This document shows positions 37,059 to 47,111 of a DNA stretch of 64,000 nt, one piece after another. Source of the stretch: Candidatus Binatus sp. GTDB lineage: Bacteria; Desulfobacterota; Binatia; Binatales; Binataceae. The notes beneath the pieces were generated by a model. That model saw only the letters and a program-made list of their open reading frames with translations, was not told the DNA's origin and searched no databases. Made by a program: the position numbers and the translations under genes. The DNA lies in assembly GCA_050010075.1 (NCBI GenBank), contig JBEKLS010000001.1, positions 6,563-70,562 of the forward strand, given 5' to 3'. Positions within the stretch are counted from its first letter, which is position 1. Every line of letters begins with the position of its first letter.

Positions 37059-37736
37059 ATGAACTCCAAACGAAGTCTGATGACGGCGCTGGTTGGTCTC
37101 GCGATGCTGGCGACGCCGATTACAGCGGCTGCCTACGACAACAACTACAATCACAACAACTCGCATGCGGCGCGGGTAGCTAGTTCCGTCAACTCGACGC
37201 GCTCTTTTGCGGCGACGCGAAACTTCAATCATTCGTTCGCGAACGCCAACGCGTTCCACGGCAACGCGGTGGCGCGTCACGACTTCCGCGAAGAGCGCCG
37301 CATGGCCGACCTCAACGCATACCGGAATTACGGCAGGGGCTACGCGGCACCCGGTTACGTCGCGGCTCCCGTCTACGGCGCCCCAGCTTACGCGGCGGTT
37401 CCCGCCTACGGCGCGGCGGCACCATACTACGGTGCTGTCGGCGGCGGTGGTGGATGCGGAGCAGCACGGAGCGTGGTGAACAATTATTATCGCGACCGCA
37501 ACACTGGACATCCGGCGGCAGCCTATGATCTGCTCGCGCAGAACCGATGGGCATTCCGTAGCGGATGCACGAGCGGCGCGGCGACCGGCGGTGGCATGCT
37601 CGGCGGACTTGGTGGACTAGGTCGACTCGGCGGCGGATACAACGGCGGCTATAACCAGCCTTACGGCGGCGGCGGATACAACCAGCCTTATGGCGGCGGC
37701 TCGATGCTGGCACCGTTGCTTCAGTACATACGGTAA
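37059..37736 (+). CDS. Secreted low-complexity Gly/Tyr/Asn-rich repeat protein
   Basis: The signal peptide is MNSKRSLMTALVGLAMLATPITAAA. It has GGYNGGYNQPYGGGGYNQPYGGG tandem repeats. It is preceded by AGAGG. Confidence 0.55.
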   Translation: MNSKRSLMTALVGLAMLATPITAAAYDNNYNHNNSHAARVASSVNSTRSFAATRNFNHSFANANAFHGNAVARHDFREERRMADLNAYRNYGRGYAAPGYVAAPVYGAPAYAAVPAYGAAAPYYGAVGGGGGCGAARSVVNNYYRDRNTGHPAAAYDLLAQNRWAFRSGCTSGAATGGGMLGGLGGLGRLGGGYNGGYNQPYGGGGYNQPYGGGSMLAPLLQYIR

Positions 37737-37877
37737 CTCAGCTAACGCGCATCCTCCCGCGCGTTGGTTGACGACAAGCGCGCCCCGTCCCCTCCCGGCG
37801 GGGCGCGTTTCTTTTTTCGGACGGGCAAAGTCGGAACCAGGAATTCGGACCCTCACCCGCCGCTCGAAGACGAGCGT

Positions 37878-37901
37878 CGGCCTCTCCCTGACAGGGAGAG
37901 G
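37878..37901. repeat. REP-like palindrome, family A (ggcctctccctgacagggagaggc)
   Basis: Palindrome with an upstream ggaccctcacc flank, as in the 42614 copy. Confidence 0.6.
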
Positions 37902-37962
37902 CTACATGACCCTCCCCCAAAACCCCGAGCGGAAGCGCGTCCGCGCGATTTCGCTCTCTGAA

Positions 37963-38028
37963 TACCGGGTGCAGGGGTCACCCCTGCCCAAGGAGGTGCG
38001 GAACCCACGGCGGGTTCCGCATTTAAAT
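37963..38028 (+). repeat. Family B two-hairpin element, copy 2
   Basis: taccgggtgcaggggtcacccctgcccaaggaggtgcggaacccacggcgggttccgcatttaaat. Confidence 0.55.
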
Positions 38029-38051
38029 TGGTGGCCTCTTCCCCGCCTCGC

Positions 38052-39053
38052 TCACCACACCGCCGCGAGCCGTTCGACCGCTTTCAGTACCTTCGCTCGA
38101 CGCTCGTCCCCAGTCTTCGCGAACGAGGAGAACTGCAGCGCGGTGGTCGTGATTCCGGCGCGCGCGTAGTCGTCCAGCCGGCGCCGGCATTTCTCTGCCG
38201 AGCCGAACACGAAAATCTTCTCGACCATCTCGTCGGGAATCGTCTCGAGCGCTTTCTTGCGATCGCCGGCGTTCCACGCATCCATCGCAATTCCCGCTTC
38301 CTTGTCGTAGCCGATTTCGCGAAAGAACTTGTTGTACTGCGGGACCGTGACGTACGCCGTCAGCGACCGCCGGAAGAGCGTGCGCGCGACGTCTTCGTCT
38401 TCATCGACGGCGCAGATTATTCTGCACACGACGTCGAGGGCCGCGGGATCCTTGCCCGCCGCGCGCATTCCCTCGCGCGTATGGTCGAGCATCGGCGCGA
38501 CCGTCTCGGGCGTGATGAAATTGACGATCACGCCGTCGCCGAGCTCGCCTGCCAGCCGCAACATCTTGGTGCCTTGCGCGCCGATATAAATTTTCGGCGG
38601 ATGCGTAATCGGGGCGTCGAGCCGGAACCCGTTTATCTTCACCTTGGCGCCCGCCATCGTGACTTTCTCGCCGCGGAAAATTGCGCGCAGCGCCTCGACC
38701 GTCTCGCGCATCTGCGTGACCGGCTTCTGGAACGGCACGCCCATCCATTGCTCGACGATATTCGGCGTCGAGATTCCCAGCCCCAGGATGAAGCGGCCGC
38801 CCGCCAGCTCGTTGGTGGTGACCGCGGACATCGCAATCAGCGGCGCGGGCCGCGTGAAGACCGGGATAATCGCGCAGCCAAAGCGCATCTTCTCGCTGAG
38901 CATCGCGGCCGCGGCAATCGGCGCAAACGCGTCGGTCGAAAACGATTCGTACGACCATCCGTCGGTGTAGCCGCATCGATCCGCGGTGCGCACCAGCTCG
39001 GGAAAATGAACGCCAACAAACGGGTCGGAAGGAATTGTAATTCCAAGTCGCAT
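38052..39053 (-). CDS. LLM-class (luciferase-like) flavin/F420-dependent oxidoreductase
   Basis: Luciferase-like TIM-barrel pattern: GRFILGLG, MRETVEALRAIFRGEKVT. Confidence 0.8.
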   Translation of the reverse strand: MRLGITIPSDPFVGVHFPELVRTADRCGYTDGWSYESFSTDAFAPIAAAAMLSEKMRFGCAIIPVFTRPAPLIAMSAVTTNELAGGRFILGLGISTPNIVEQWMGVPFQKPVTQMRETVEALRAIFRGEKVTMAGAKVKINGFRLDAPITHPPKIYIGAQGTKMLRLAGELGDGVIVNFITPETVAPMLDHTREGMRAAGKDPAALDVVCRIICAVDEDEDVARTLFRRSLTAYVTVPQYNKFFREIGYDKEAGIAMDAWNAGDRKKALETIPDEMVEKIFVFGSAEKCRRRLDDYARAGITTTALQFSSFAKTGDERRAKVLKAVERLAAVW

Positions 39054-39104
39054 GTTTCTGAACTCCTCAGTCCGACGACATTACCGCAGCCGCACGCATT
39101 TCGC

Positions 39105-41975
39105 CTACCGCCCGCCGGGCGCGAGGTTGAGCACTTCCGCCAGATGCATCGGGCGGCGCCGGGGGCAGAAATGACGAATCTGCGAGCGGCATGAGAAGCC
39201 GTCGGCCACGATGATCGCGTCGGGCGGCGCCTTTTCGATCGATGGAATCAGAACTCGCGCGCCGATCGCTTTCGACACCTCGAAATGCGCGCGGTCGTAG
39301 CCGAACGCGCCCGCCATCCCGCAGCATCCGGCGTCGAGCACTTCGAGTTCCGCCCCCGCCGCGCGCGAGAGCAACGCAATCTCGCCGCCGATGCCGGCGA
39401 TCGCCTTCTGATGGCAATGACCCTGGACAATAGTACGGCGGCGCAGCTCAGGCGGCGTGAAGTCCGATGCTTCGCGCGTGAGGAACTCGTCGAGCAGGAA
39501 CGCGCTCGACGCAATCGCCTTCGCGCGGGGATCTTCTGAGAAAAGCGACGGCAACTCGTCGCGAAACGTGAGGATACAACTCGGCTCGAGCCCGACGATC
39601 GGAATTCCGACCGCGACGAAGGGATCGAGCGCGTCCATCACGTCGCGCAGCCGCGCCTTGGCGCGGTCGAGCATCCCCTGGTCGTAGAGCGGGCGGCCGC
39701 AGCAGAGCTGATCGCGCGGAACGATCACGCGAAATCCGGCGCGCTCGAGCACTTCGACCGCGGCGACGCCGACCTGCGGTTCGAAGAAGTTGTTGAAGGT
39801 GTCCGGAAACAGCGCCACTTCACGCATGCTGGCCCTGGGAGCGGTTCTGCGCTCGAACCATGCGCGAAAAGTCTGTCGCGCAAAACGCGGCAGCTCGCGA
39901 TCCGGATAAATCGTGAGCGCCTTTTTCGCGACGCCGCCGATGATCGGCGCGTGCGCCAACGCATTAACCAGCGACGGTGCATATGATGCGAGCTGCGCAA
40001 CTTCATTCAGCCGGCCGAAGAACGCCGACGACAGCGGACGCCGATGACTCCGATAGTAGTTCGAGAAAAATTCCGCGCGATACGCCGCCATATCCACCGA
40101 CGACGGGCACTCGCCCTTGCATCCTTTGCACGACAGGCACAAATCGAGCGCGTCTTTCAGGGCACGGTCGGCGAAACCCTCGGGCAGCAGGTCGGTGGTC
40201 AGCGCCTCGAACAGAATTCGCGCGCGCCCGCGCGTCGAATGGATTTCCTCGCGCGTCGCCATGTACGACGGGCACATCGTGCCCGCCTCGGTCTTGCGGC
40301 ATTTTCCGATCCCGACACATTTGAGCGCGGCGCCTGCGAGCCCGCCCTCGCTGCTGAAATCAAAATGCGTGGCGATTTCGCGCGGCTGGTAGTTCGCGCC
40401 CAGCTTCAGACGCGAGTCGAGCGGATGCGCGTCGACGATCACGCCGGCGTTCATCATCGAGCCCGGATCGAAAATGCGCTTGAAGTCGCGAAACGCGTCT
40501 ATCAGGTCCGGCTGGAACATCATCGGCAGCAACTCGGAGCGCGCCACCCCGTCGCCATGCTCGCCCGACAGCGAACCACCGAGGCTGGTAACGAGTTCGC
40601 CGATCTCGAGCATCGCCGCGCGAAACGTGGCGACGCCCGGCGCGCTCGCCAAATCGAAATTGATGCGCGCGTGAACGCATCCTTCGCCGAAGTGTCCGTA
40701 GTAGGTCGCGACCTTGAGGTTGCGCTGCGCGAGGATGCGATCGAAGCCGCGCAGAAACGCGCCGAGCTTTGCCGGCGGCACCGCCGCGTCTTCGGCGCCC
40801 GGCCAGAAGCGCGGGCGGCCCGGGATGTACGCGCTCGAGCCGAGTCCCGACTCGCGAATATTCCAGACCGCGGCCTGCTCGCGCGCATCTGCGAGATACG
40901 CTGCTCCCATGCATTCGCGTAGCGCGCGCGCATTCGCGATCACGCGTTCGGCACGCTCGCGCGCCTCGTCGCGCGACGAGCCCCCGAGCTCGACCAGCAG
41001 AAACGCGCGTCCGGCGGGCAGAAAGCGCACACCGGGCATGTTTTTGATGCGCGCGAGGTCGGGCAGATTCTGGTCGAAGCCTTCGAGCGCGTCCGGGCGA
41101 TGCTCGAGCAACCACGGAGTTTGATCCGCGGCGACAAAGACGTCGTCGAATCCGAGCACGGCCAGTGCGACCTCGTTCGGGCGCGGCACTGCCCGGATCG
41201 TGGCGCGCAGAACGACGGCGAGCGTGCCCTCGGAGCCAACGATTGCGCGCGCAAGATTGAAGCCGCCCTCTGGCATCAGCTCGTCGAGATTGTAGCCCGA
41301 CACGCGCCGCGGCAACTTCGGGAAATGAGCGCGCACTGAATCCGCGCAGCGGTCGCGCAGCTCGCGGACGCGCGCGTAAAGATCGCCTTCGCGCCCGCCG
41401 CGCCCGATCGCCGTGCCGAGCTGCGCGTCGTCGATCGAGCCGGTCAGCGAAAGCTGCGTGCCGTCGTACAGGATGACCTCGAGCGCCTCGACGTTGTCGA
41501 CCGTCTTGCCGTGCGCCGCCGAATGCGCGCCACATGAGTTGTTGCCGATCATCCCGCCGATCGTGCATCGATCTTTGGTCGACGGATCCGGCGCGAAGAA
41601 CAGGCCATGCGGCGCGAGGGCGGTGTTGAGATGGCTCTGGACGACGCCGGGCTCTACCTGGGCGGAGTGTGAGCCGGGGTCGATCGCGATGACGCGGTTC
41701 ATGTACTTCGAGAAATCGAGCACGAGCGCCGCGTTGCACGCCTGCCCCGCGAGGCTGGTGCCGCCGCCGCGCGCGAGTAGCGGCATCGAGTTTTCGCGCG
41801 CGACCGACAGCGCGGCGATCACGTCGCCCTCGTGCCGCGGAATCACCACGCCCACCGGCACCTGGCGATAGTTCGACGCGTCGGTGGCGTAGGCCGCGCG
41901 CGTGCCCGCGTCGAAGCGCACTTCACCTTCGATTATGGTGCGCAGGTGAGATTCGAGCGCTGCAACCGAGGCCAT
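39105..41975 (-). CDS. FAD-linked oxidase fused to a (Fe-S) CCG domain (YdiJ / GlcD-GlcF-like 2-hydroxyacid dehydrogenase)
   Basis: 956 aa. The N-terminal FAD_binding_4 domain has ARGGGTSLAGQ. The C-terminus has 4Fe-4S dicluster and CCG motifs (CLSCKGCKGECP). Confidence 0.85.
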   Translation of the reverse strand: MASVAALESHLRTIIEGEVRFDAGTRAAYATDASNYRQVPVGVVIPRHEGDVIAALSVARENSMPLLARGGGTSLAGQACNAALVLDFSKYMNRVIAIDPGSHSAQVEPGVVQSHLNTALAPHGLFFAPDPSTKDRCTIGGMIGNNSCGAHSAAHGKTVDNVEALEVILYDGTQLSLTGSIDDAQLGTAIGRGGREGDLYARVRELRDRCADSVRAHFPKLPRRVSGYNLDELMPEGGFNLARAIVGSEGTLAVVLRATIRAVPRPNEVALAVLGFDDVFVAADQTPWLLEHRPDALEGFDQNLPDLARIKNMPGVRFLPAGRAFLLVELGGSSRDEARERAERVIANARALRECMGAAYLADAREQAAVWNIRESGLGSSAYIPGRPRFWPGAEDAAVPPAKLGAFLRGFDRILAQRNLKVATYYGHFGEGCVHARINFDLASAPGVATFRAAMLEIGELVTSLGGSLSGEHGDGVARSELLPMMFQPDLIDAFRDFKRIFDPGSMMNAGVIVDAHPLDSRLKLGANYQPREIATHFDFSSEGGLAGAALKCVGIGKCRKTEAGTMCPSYMATREEIHSTRGRARILFEALTTDLLPEGFADRALKDALDLCLSCKGCKGECPSSVDMAAYRAEFFSNYYRSHRRPLSSAFFGRLNEVAQLASYAPSLVNALAHAPIIGGVAKKALTIYPDRELPRFARQTFRAWFERRTAPRASMREVALFPDTFNNFFEPQVGVAAVEVLERAGFRVIVPRDQLCCGRPLYDQGMLDRAKARLRDVMDALDPFVAVGIPIVGLEPSCILTFRDELPSLFSEDPRAKAIASSAFLLDEFLTREASDFTPPELRRRTIVQGHCHQKAIAGIGGEIALLSRAAGAELEVLDAGCCGMAGAFGYDRAHFEVSKAIGARVLIPSIEKAPPDAIIVADGFSCRSQIRHFCPRRRPMHLAEVLNLAPGGR

Positions 41976-42030
41976 GATCGACGATGATTGTAATCCAGAC
42001 GAAAATCCAGCGTGAGCGGGGGAGGCCGAT

Positions 42031-42552
42031 ATGTCGAACGATCAGAAAAAAGTGCTGGCCGGAATGGCCGCGGCAAGCGTGTTCAGCGCGGTGTTCTTCG
42101 AGGTTGTATTTCGGCTGACAGACTTTGGCCTGACGCCGCCTGGCGGAATCGAGACGTCGTGGCGGCTCGAATATGCGCTGCGGTGGGAAGTGTTCGCGGC
42201 GCTGTGTATGGTCGCGGGCGTTGCGATGATCGCGAACCGGCGCTTCTTCATCGCCGACGCGATCGAGGGCGGCACCTCGCCCGCAATCGAGATCGACCGG
42301 CGCTATCTGCAGAACACGCTGGAGCAATTGGTGCTCGCGATCGTCGCGCACCTCGCGCTAGTGACGATCGTGGCGCCCGAGTCGATTCGCGCCGTCGCAG
42401 TGCTGGTCATGCTGTTCGTGATTGGACGCGTGACGTTCTGGATCGGGTACCATCACTCAGGCCCTGCGCGCGCATTCGGCTTCGCCACGACGTTCTATCC
42501 GACAGTCGCGGTGTATGTGTTCGTGGTGTTCCGGATCGCCGGTGGGAGCTGA
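42031..42552 (+). CDS. Small 4-transmembrane membrane protein (MAPEG-like), hypothetical
   Basis: 173 aa with four hydrophobic segments; family uncertain. Confidence 0.4.
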   Translation: MSNDQKKVLAGMAAASVFSAVFFEVVFRLTDFGLTPPGGIETSWRLEYALRWEVFAALCMVAGVAMIANRRFFIADAIEGGTSPAIEIDRRYLQNTLEQLVLAIVAHLALVTIVAPESIRAVAVLVMLFVIGRVTFWIGYHHSGPARAFGFATTFYPTVAVYVFVVFRIAGGS

Positions 42553-42613
42553 TCACAGAGCGGAGGCAGAATCCTGAATCGCGCGGGGCGCTGTAAAAGG
42601 ACCCTCACCTTCA

Positions 42614-42636
42614 TCCTCTCCCTTTCAGGGAGAGGA
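42614..42636. repeat. REP-like palindrome, family A (tcctctccctttcagggagagga)
   Basis: Immediately 3' of the ccr stop on the minus strand; it has a ggaccctcacc flank. Confidence 0.6.
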
Positions 42637-42673
42637 GACAGAAAGCCCGAATCAAAAATCGCGCGACGAACCT

Positions 42674-43927
42674 TTACAGCGGGAGATCTTTGAGGCCGGC
42701 TTTCGGTGCGCCGACCAGGGCGACCATTTTGCCTTCGGGGGCGCGATTTTCGTGCATCGCCTGGTGGCATTCCGGGATCTCGTCAAACTTGTAGGTTTTC
42801 GCCAGGCATGGATCGATCTTGCCGTCGACCACGAGCTGATTGAACGCATAAGCCTGCTCATCGTTGGCGAAGTGCGATCCCTGCAGGCGCTTCTGCCGCA
42901 TCCACAGGTAGCGCAAGTCCGCGACCGCGTTGTAGCCGGTAGTGCCGGCGCAAATCACGACCATCCCGCCCGTGTCGCAGACGAAGACCGACGTGGGAAT
43001 AGTGTCTTCGCCGGGATGCTCGAACACGATGCGGGGATTTTTCCGCTCGCCGACGATGTCCCAGACCGCCTTGCCGAACGCGCGGCACTCCGCGGCCCAC
43101 TTGTTGTACGCCGCGGTATCCTTCCAATGCGGCATCATGCCCCAGTGCAGATACTTCTTGCGGTTGATGCAGCCCTTGGCGCCGAGCTTGATGCAGAAAT
43201 CTATCTTGCGATCGTCGCCGACGATGCCGACCGGGATTCCGCCCTCGGCTTTCACGATTTGAATCGCCATGCAGCCGAGCCCGCCCGACGCGCCCCATAT
43301 CAGCACGACGTCGTCGCGGCGCACGACGTGCGGCGCCCATCCCATCAGCATCCGGTACGCGGTTGCGCCCACCAGCGTGGGTCCTGCGGCTTCTTCCCAC
43401 GTCAGATGCTTCGCCTTGGGCATGCACTGATGCGCCTGCACGCGGGCGAACTGGGCGAAGCTGCCCCAGTTGGTTTCGTAGCCCCAGATCTTGAAGGTCG
43501 GGTCGTACATCGGATCGTCGCCGTTGCGGACCGCGGCGCAATGGCGATCCCAGATGCCGCAATGGATCACGACGCGGTCGCCGACCTTGACGTTGTGCAC
43601 GTCATGCCCGATCGCATAGACGATTCCCGACGCGTCGCTGCCGCCGATATGAAAATCCGAATGATCGTATTTCGCTTTCTGGCGCGCGCTGATCACGTTG
43701 ATTGGCGAGCCGAGCGCCGCCCACACGTTGTTGAAATTAACGCCCGCCGCCATGACGTAGACCAGCACCTCGTCGGCGCGAATCTCGGGCACCGCGATTT
43801 TCTCGACCTTGAACGCATGCATCGGGTCGCCGAACCGGTCCGCGCGGATCACCTGCGCATACATCTGCGGTGGTACGTGCCCAATCGGGGGCACCTGTCC
43901 AATCTCGTAGATTTCCTTTTGGCTCAT
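42674..43927 (-). CDS. ccr: Crotonyl-CoA carboxylase/reductase
   Basis: It aligns closely with characterised Ccr ([11 protein letters not shown]...[11 protein letters not shown]...[11 protein letters not shown]). It is a medium-chain reductase (MDR) fold of about 417 aa. Confidence 0.75.
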   Translation of the reverse strand: MSQKEIYEIGQVPPIGHVPPQMYAQVIRADRFGDPMHAFKVEKIAVPEIRADEVLVYVMAAGVNFNNVWAALGSPINVISARQKAKYDHSDFHIGGSDASGIVYAIGHDVHNVKVGDRVVIHCGIWDRHCAAVRNGDDPMYDPTFKIWGYETNWGSFAQFARVQAHQCMPKAKHLTWEEAAGPTLVGATAYRMLMGWAPHVVRRDDVVLIWGASGGLGCMAIQIVKAEGGIPVGIVGDDRKIDFCIKLGAKGCINRKKYLHWGMMPHWKDTAAYNKWAAECRAFGKAVWDIVGERKNPRIVFEHPGEDTIPTSVFVCDTGGMVVICAGTTGYNAVADLRYLWMRQKRLQGSHFANDEQAYAFNQLVVDGKIDPCLAKTYKFDEIPECHQAMHENRAPEGKMVALVGAPKAGLKDLPL

Positions 43928-44207
43928 ATTGCTCGGTTACCGCGCCCGGGCTTCACGACGAGCGGCGGTTCCGATTGGCTCCAGTCTGGCTCGATTTGCG
44001 GTCAAATGCGCGTCGGAATTAGCTACCTGTTTGCGGAAGATTTGACAATACTGACCTTTCAGGTGTTAGGGAAATGCTTTAATTAGCCCGTTAAAATCTG
44101 GCCGGGAACGCTCAGGAACGAATGAAACAATAGCCTCGGCTTTTCGGCAACCAGTCAGGTTGACGAGTGCCACGCCAGACCTTCAGCCTTGAACCATCGA
44201 AAGAGGC

Positions 44208-45131
44208 TCACAGTTTTTCCGGCAGGATACAGTCGGACGGCTTCTTGTCATCACGCAGGCCTAGAAAGACCGGCTGGCGTAGCTTCCGGTCGGCCGTCCA
44301 TTCCTGAAAAGCGATCTGCGCTACCAGGCGCGGCCTTAGCCAGGTCGTGTTTTTCTCCCGGGGCGGTTCGATGAAAGGCGGCTTGCTGACGACGAGCGGA
44401 AGAAATGTCCTGGCGAGTGCGCCAAGAATCTTCTGAGTGAAACCGGTCCCGACTTTGCCGACAAAGTGCAGGTCCTTGCCGCGATAGGCACCGAGCAGAA
44501 GGGCTCCGAGATGCAGCCGGCTGCCCTCAGGAGCGGTGAAGCCGCCAATGACGAATTCTTCCTCCTGATGCGCCTTGACCTTGAGCCATTTCCTCGAGTG
44601 GCCCTCCTGGTAGGAAGAAGCGCTCTCCTTGGCAACTATTCCTTCGAAGCCTCTGCGCTTGGCGATGCTATAAGCAGTGACACCGTTCTTCGACAGGCGT
44701 CGTGAAATGAGGAGCTCTTTTGACGGTTTCGCAAGCACGGCCTCCAGCTCGTCACGGCGGCGAGAAAGAGGCTGGGAGCGGAGATCACGTCCGTTGCGAT
44801 AGAGGCAATCGAAGACTGCGAAGCGCTGCTCGACGTCGCCACGCTGCAGCAACTGAAATCGCGAAACCTCCTTCGAGTCGAATGCTACGACTTCTCCATC
44901 GAGGAGTACCGTACGTTCCGGGAGCTGAGCTATCGCCGCGGCGACGGCGGCAAACGTAGCAGTCCGGTCGAGCTGATTTCGAGACAGCAGTGTTACCTTC
45001 GCGCCTTCCTTGTAAGCGAGGATGCGGTAGCCGTCGTACTTCTCCTCGTAGACCCAGTCGGGCTGGTGAAAGGGTTTCGGCACCAGTGACGCAAGCATCG
45101 GATGTACTCGGATGGAGATGCGTTCGCTCAT
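44208..45131 (-). CDS. ATP-dependent DNA ligase (LigD ligase-domain-like, stand-alone)
   Basis: Motif I (EEKYDGYR) is present and motif V-like (EGIVAK) is probable. Local GC is lower than the surroundings. Confidence 0.8.
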   Translation of the reverse strand: MSERISIRVHPMLASLVPKPFHQPDWVYEEKYDGYRILAYKEGAKVTLLSRNQLDRTATFAAVAAAIAQLPERTVLLDGEVVAFDSKEVSRFQLLQRGDVEQRFAVFDCLYRNGRDLRSQPLSRRRDELEAVLAKPSKELLISRRLSKNGVTAYSIAKRRGFEGIVAKESASSYQEGHSRKWLKVKAHQEEEFVIGGFTAPEGSRLHLGALLLGAYRGKDLHFVGKVGTGFTQKILGALARTFLPLVVSKPPFIEPPREKNTTWLRPRLVAQIAFQEWTADRKLRQPVFLGLRDDKKPSDCILPEKL

Positions 45132-45251
45132 ACTCTGACCTTTGACATGCGCATGGCCTCGTCCACCGACGGTAGTATCACTCTACCGGGGCAGGGATGT
45201 CTGGTCTGTACGGCGGATTGATCGGGGAGTAAGAACGAAAAGTCCGGGTCG

Positions 45252-45896
45252 ATGGAGAGCGCTATGGACGATGCAGTCAAGGCAGTCCTGAAAGAATATG
45301 AAGCCCGCAACGTTAAGGAGCGGGCCATGATGCCGGGGCTCATGAACGGCACCGTCAATCGGGACGAACTGTTGCTCGCGGTAGGCCCGGAAAGTGGCGC
45401 CTTGCTCAGAACGCTGGCTCAGGGTTGCGCGGCCACTCACATCCTCGAACTTGGAACCTCGTATGGTTATTCGACCCTGTGGCTTGCGATGGCCGCCAAG
45501 GCAACCGGCGGCAAGGTGACGACCTGCGACGTCGCGCCGTCCAAGCAGGAGTATGCCAAGGCGGCGCTGACCAGGGCGGGGCTGGTCGATTACGTCGTGT
45601 TCAGGCCGGGCGACGCGCTGCAAACTATCCCGACTCTCGCCGACGGGATCGATTTCGTTCTGGTCGATCTCTGGAAGGATCTTTACGTCCGATGCCTCGA
45701 GCTGTTCCTGCCCAAGCTCAAACCCGGCGCGATTCTGGTGGCCGACAATATGCTGCAGCCAGTCCAGGCGCGGCAGGACGCACTCGCATATCGCCGCGCA
45801 GTGCGCGCTGTCCCGGGCATGACCTCGGTGCTTCTCTCAGTGGGTAGCGGGCTCGAGGTCAGCCGTTTGAAGGGACCGCTGGACGAAGGCGTGTGA
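45252..45896 (+). CDS. Class I SAM-dependent O-methyltransferase (caffeoyl-CoA OMT-like)
   Basis: ILELGTSYGYSTLWLA, DFVLVD. Confidence 0.8.
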   Translation: MESAMDDAVKAVLKEYEARNVKERAMMPGLMNGTVNRDELLLAVGPESGALLRTLAQGCAATHILELGTSYGYSTLWLAMAAKATGGKVTTCDVAPSKQEYAKAALTRAGLVDYVVFRPGDALQTIPTLADGIDFVLVDLWKDLYVRCLELFLPKLKPGAILVADNMLQPVQARQDALAYRRAVRAVPGMTSVLLSVGSGLEVSRLKGPLDEGV

Positions 45897-45897
45897 C

Positions 45898-46971
45898 ATG
45901 AAATTCGGAATTTTCGACCATCTGGAACGGCGTCACGATTGCGACCTAACGCAGCAGTACGAAGAACGTCTGCAATTGATGGCTCAGGCGGACGACGCGG
46001 GAATTTACGGCTATCACATAGCCGAGCATCATCACTCGCCGCTCTGCCTCGCGCCAAACCAATCGGTGTTTCTGGCGGCCGCCGCGCAACGCACCAGGAA
46101 TCTGAAGATCGGTTCTCTGGTCTATGTGCTCCCGCTCTATCATCCGATACGGCTGCTCGAAGAGATTTGCATGGTCGATCGGCTGAGCAATGGCCGCGTG
46201 CAAGTTGGCGTAGGGAAGGGCGTGCTGGGAGGGATTGAGCTGGCGTTATGGGGTGGTGCTGCATCCAATACGGACAGCCTGTTCCGCGAGACGCTGGAAA
46301 TCCTGCTCAAAGGTTTCAAGGAAGAGTTCCTCAGCTTCGAAGGCGAGCATTACCAATTCAAAAATCTCTGGATGGAATTGCGGCCGGTGCAAAGACCGCA
46401 TCCGGCCTTCTGGTACGCTGGCAATCCGCTGCATGCCGGCGAACTTGGCATGAACTTCATTGGCGGAGGACCAATCAGTTCCGTCAAGCGCGCGGTTGCT
46501 ACATATCTGGCGGCGCTGAAGCTCAGCCAGTCAAATCCGTCGTCGTGCACAGCGACACTCGACAATCCGCTCTACGGCGGAATTCGTCACACGTTCGTGG
46601 CCGATACCGACGCGGAAGCGATAGAGCGGGCGCGCGAGGCATATGAGGTTTATCGCGGGCATTTTGCCAAGCCGCAGCCAAACGGCCGCGAGCTGCCTGC
46701 CTCCCCGGCGCATCTTGCAGGTCCTGCGGCCCTTAGTCCCGACCAGGCGATGTCAGCCGAGATCCTGCTGGCCGGCTCGCCCTCAACGGTTCGCGACTAC
46801 GCGCTCCGCTACGCCGCCGAATCTGACGCGAATTACTACGTGAGCGCGTTCTCATGGGGCGACCTCACGCATCAGGAGTCGTCGAAGTCGCTCAGGCTCT
46901 TCGCTGAAGAGGTGATGCCCGCGATTGTCCCTCGTGCTCAATCGCGCGAGGCCGGAACCGCCACTGTTTGA
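45898..46971 (+). CDS. LLM-class flavin-dependent oxidoreductase
   Basis: MKFGIFDHLE is a luciferase-like N-terminus. Confidence 0.8.
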   Translation: MKFGIFDHLERRHDCDLTQQYEERLQLMAQADDAGIYGYHIAEHHHSPLCLAPNQSVFLAAAAQRTRNLKIGSLVYVLPLYHPIRLLEEICMVDRLSNGRVQVGVGKGVLGGIELALWGGAASNTDSLFRETLEILLKGFKEEFLSFEGEHYQFKNLWMELRPVQRPHPAFWYAGNPLHAGELGMNFIGGGPISSVKRAVATYLAALKLSQSNPSSCTATLDNPLYGGIRHTFVADTDAEAIERAREAYEVYRGHFAKPQPNGRELPASPAHLAGPAALSPDQAMSAEILLAGSPSTVRDYALRYAAESDANYYVSAFSWGDLTHQESSKSLRLFAEEVMPAIVPRAQSREAGTATV

Positions 46972-46973
46972 CT

Positions 46974-47036
46974 CTAATGAAACCCACGGTGGGTTTCATG
47001 CTTCCCTATGGGCAGGGGTGACCCCTGCACCCAATG
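46974..47036 (-). repeat. Family B two-hairpin element, copy 3 (inverted orientation)
   Basis: The reverse complement matches taccgggtgcaggggtcacccctgcccatagggaagcatgaaacccaccgtgggtttca. Confidence 0.55.
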
Positions 47037-47111
47037 GCTTGTTTTCGCCCAATCTTACTGGACTTGCGCCGGAGTAAACCCCTAGTTTATCGCTCTGCTG
47101 GGGGGCAGCGA

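Noticed and set aside
40360-41739. 459-aa minus-strand ORF, plus several plus-strand ORFs inside 39105..41975
   Set aside because: They are alternative-frame or antisense shadows within the FAD/Fe-S oxidase gene. They are Arg-rich with no motifs.
42752-44086. 444-aa plus-strand ORF
   Set aside because: Antisense shadow of ccr, whose alignment to characterised enzymes is strong.
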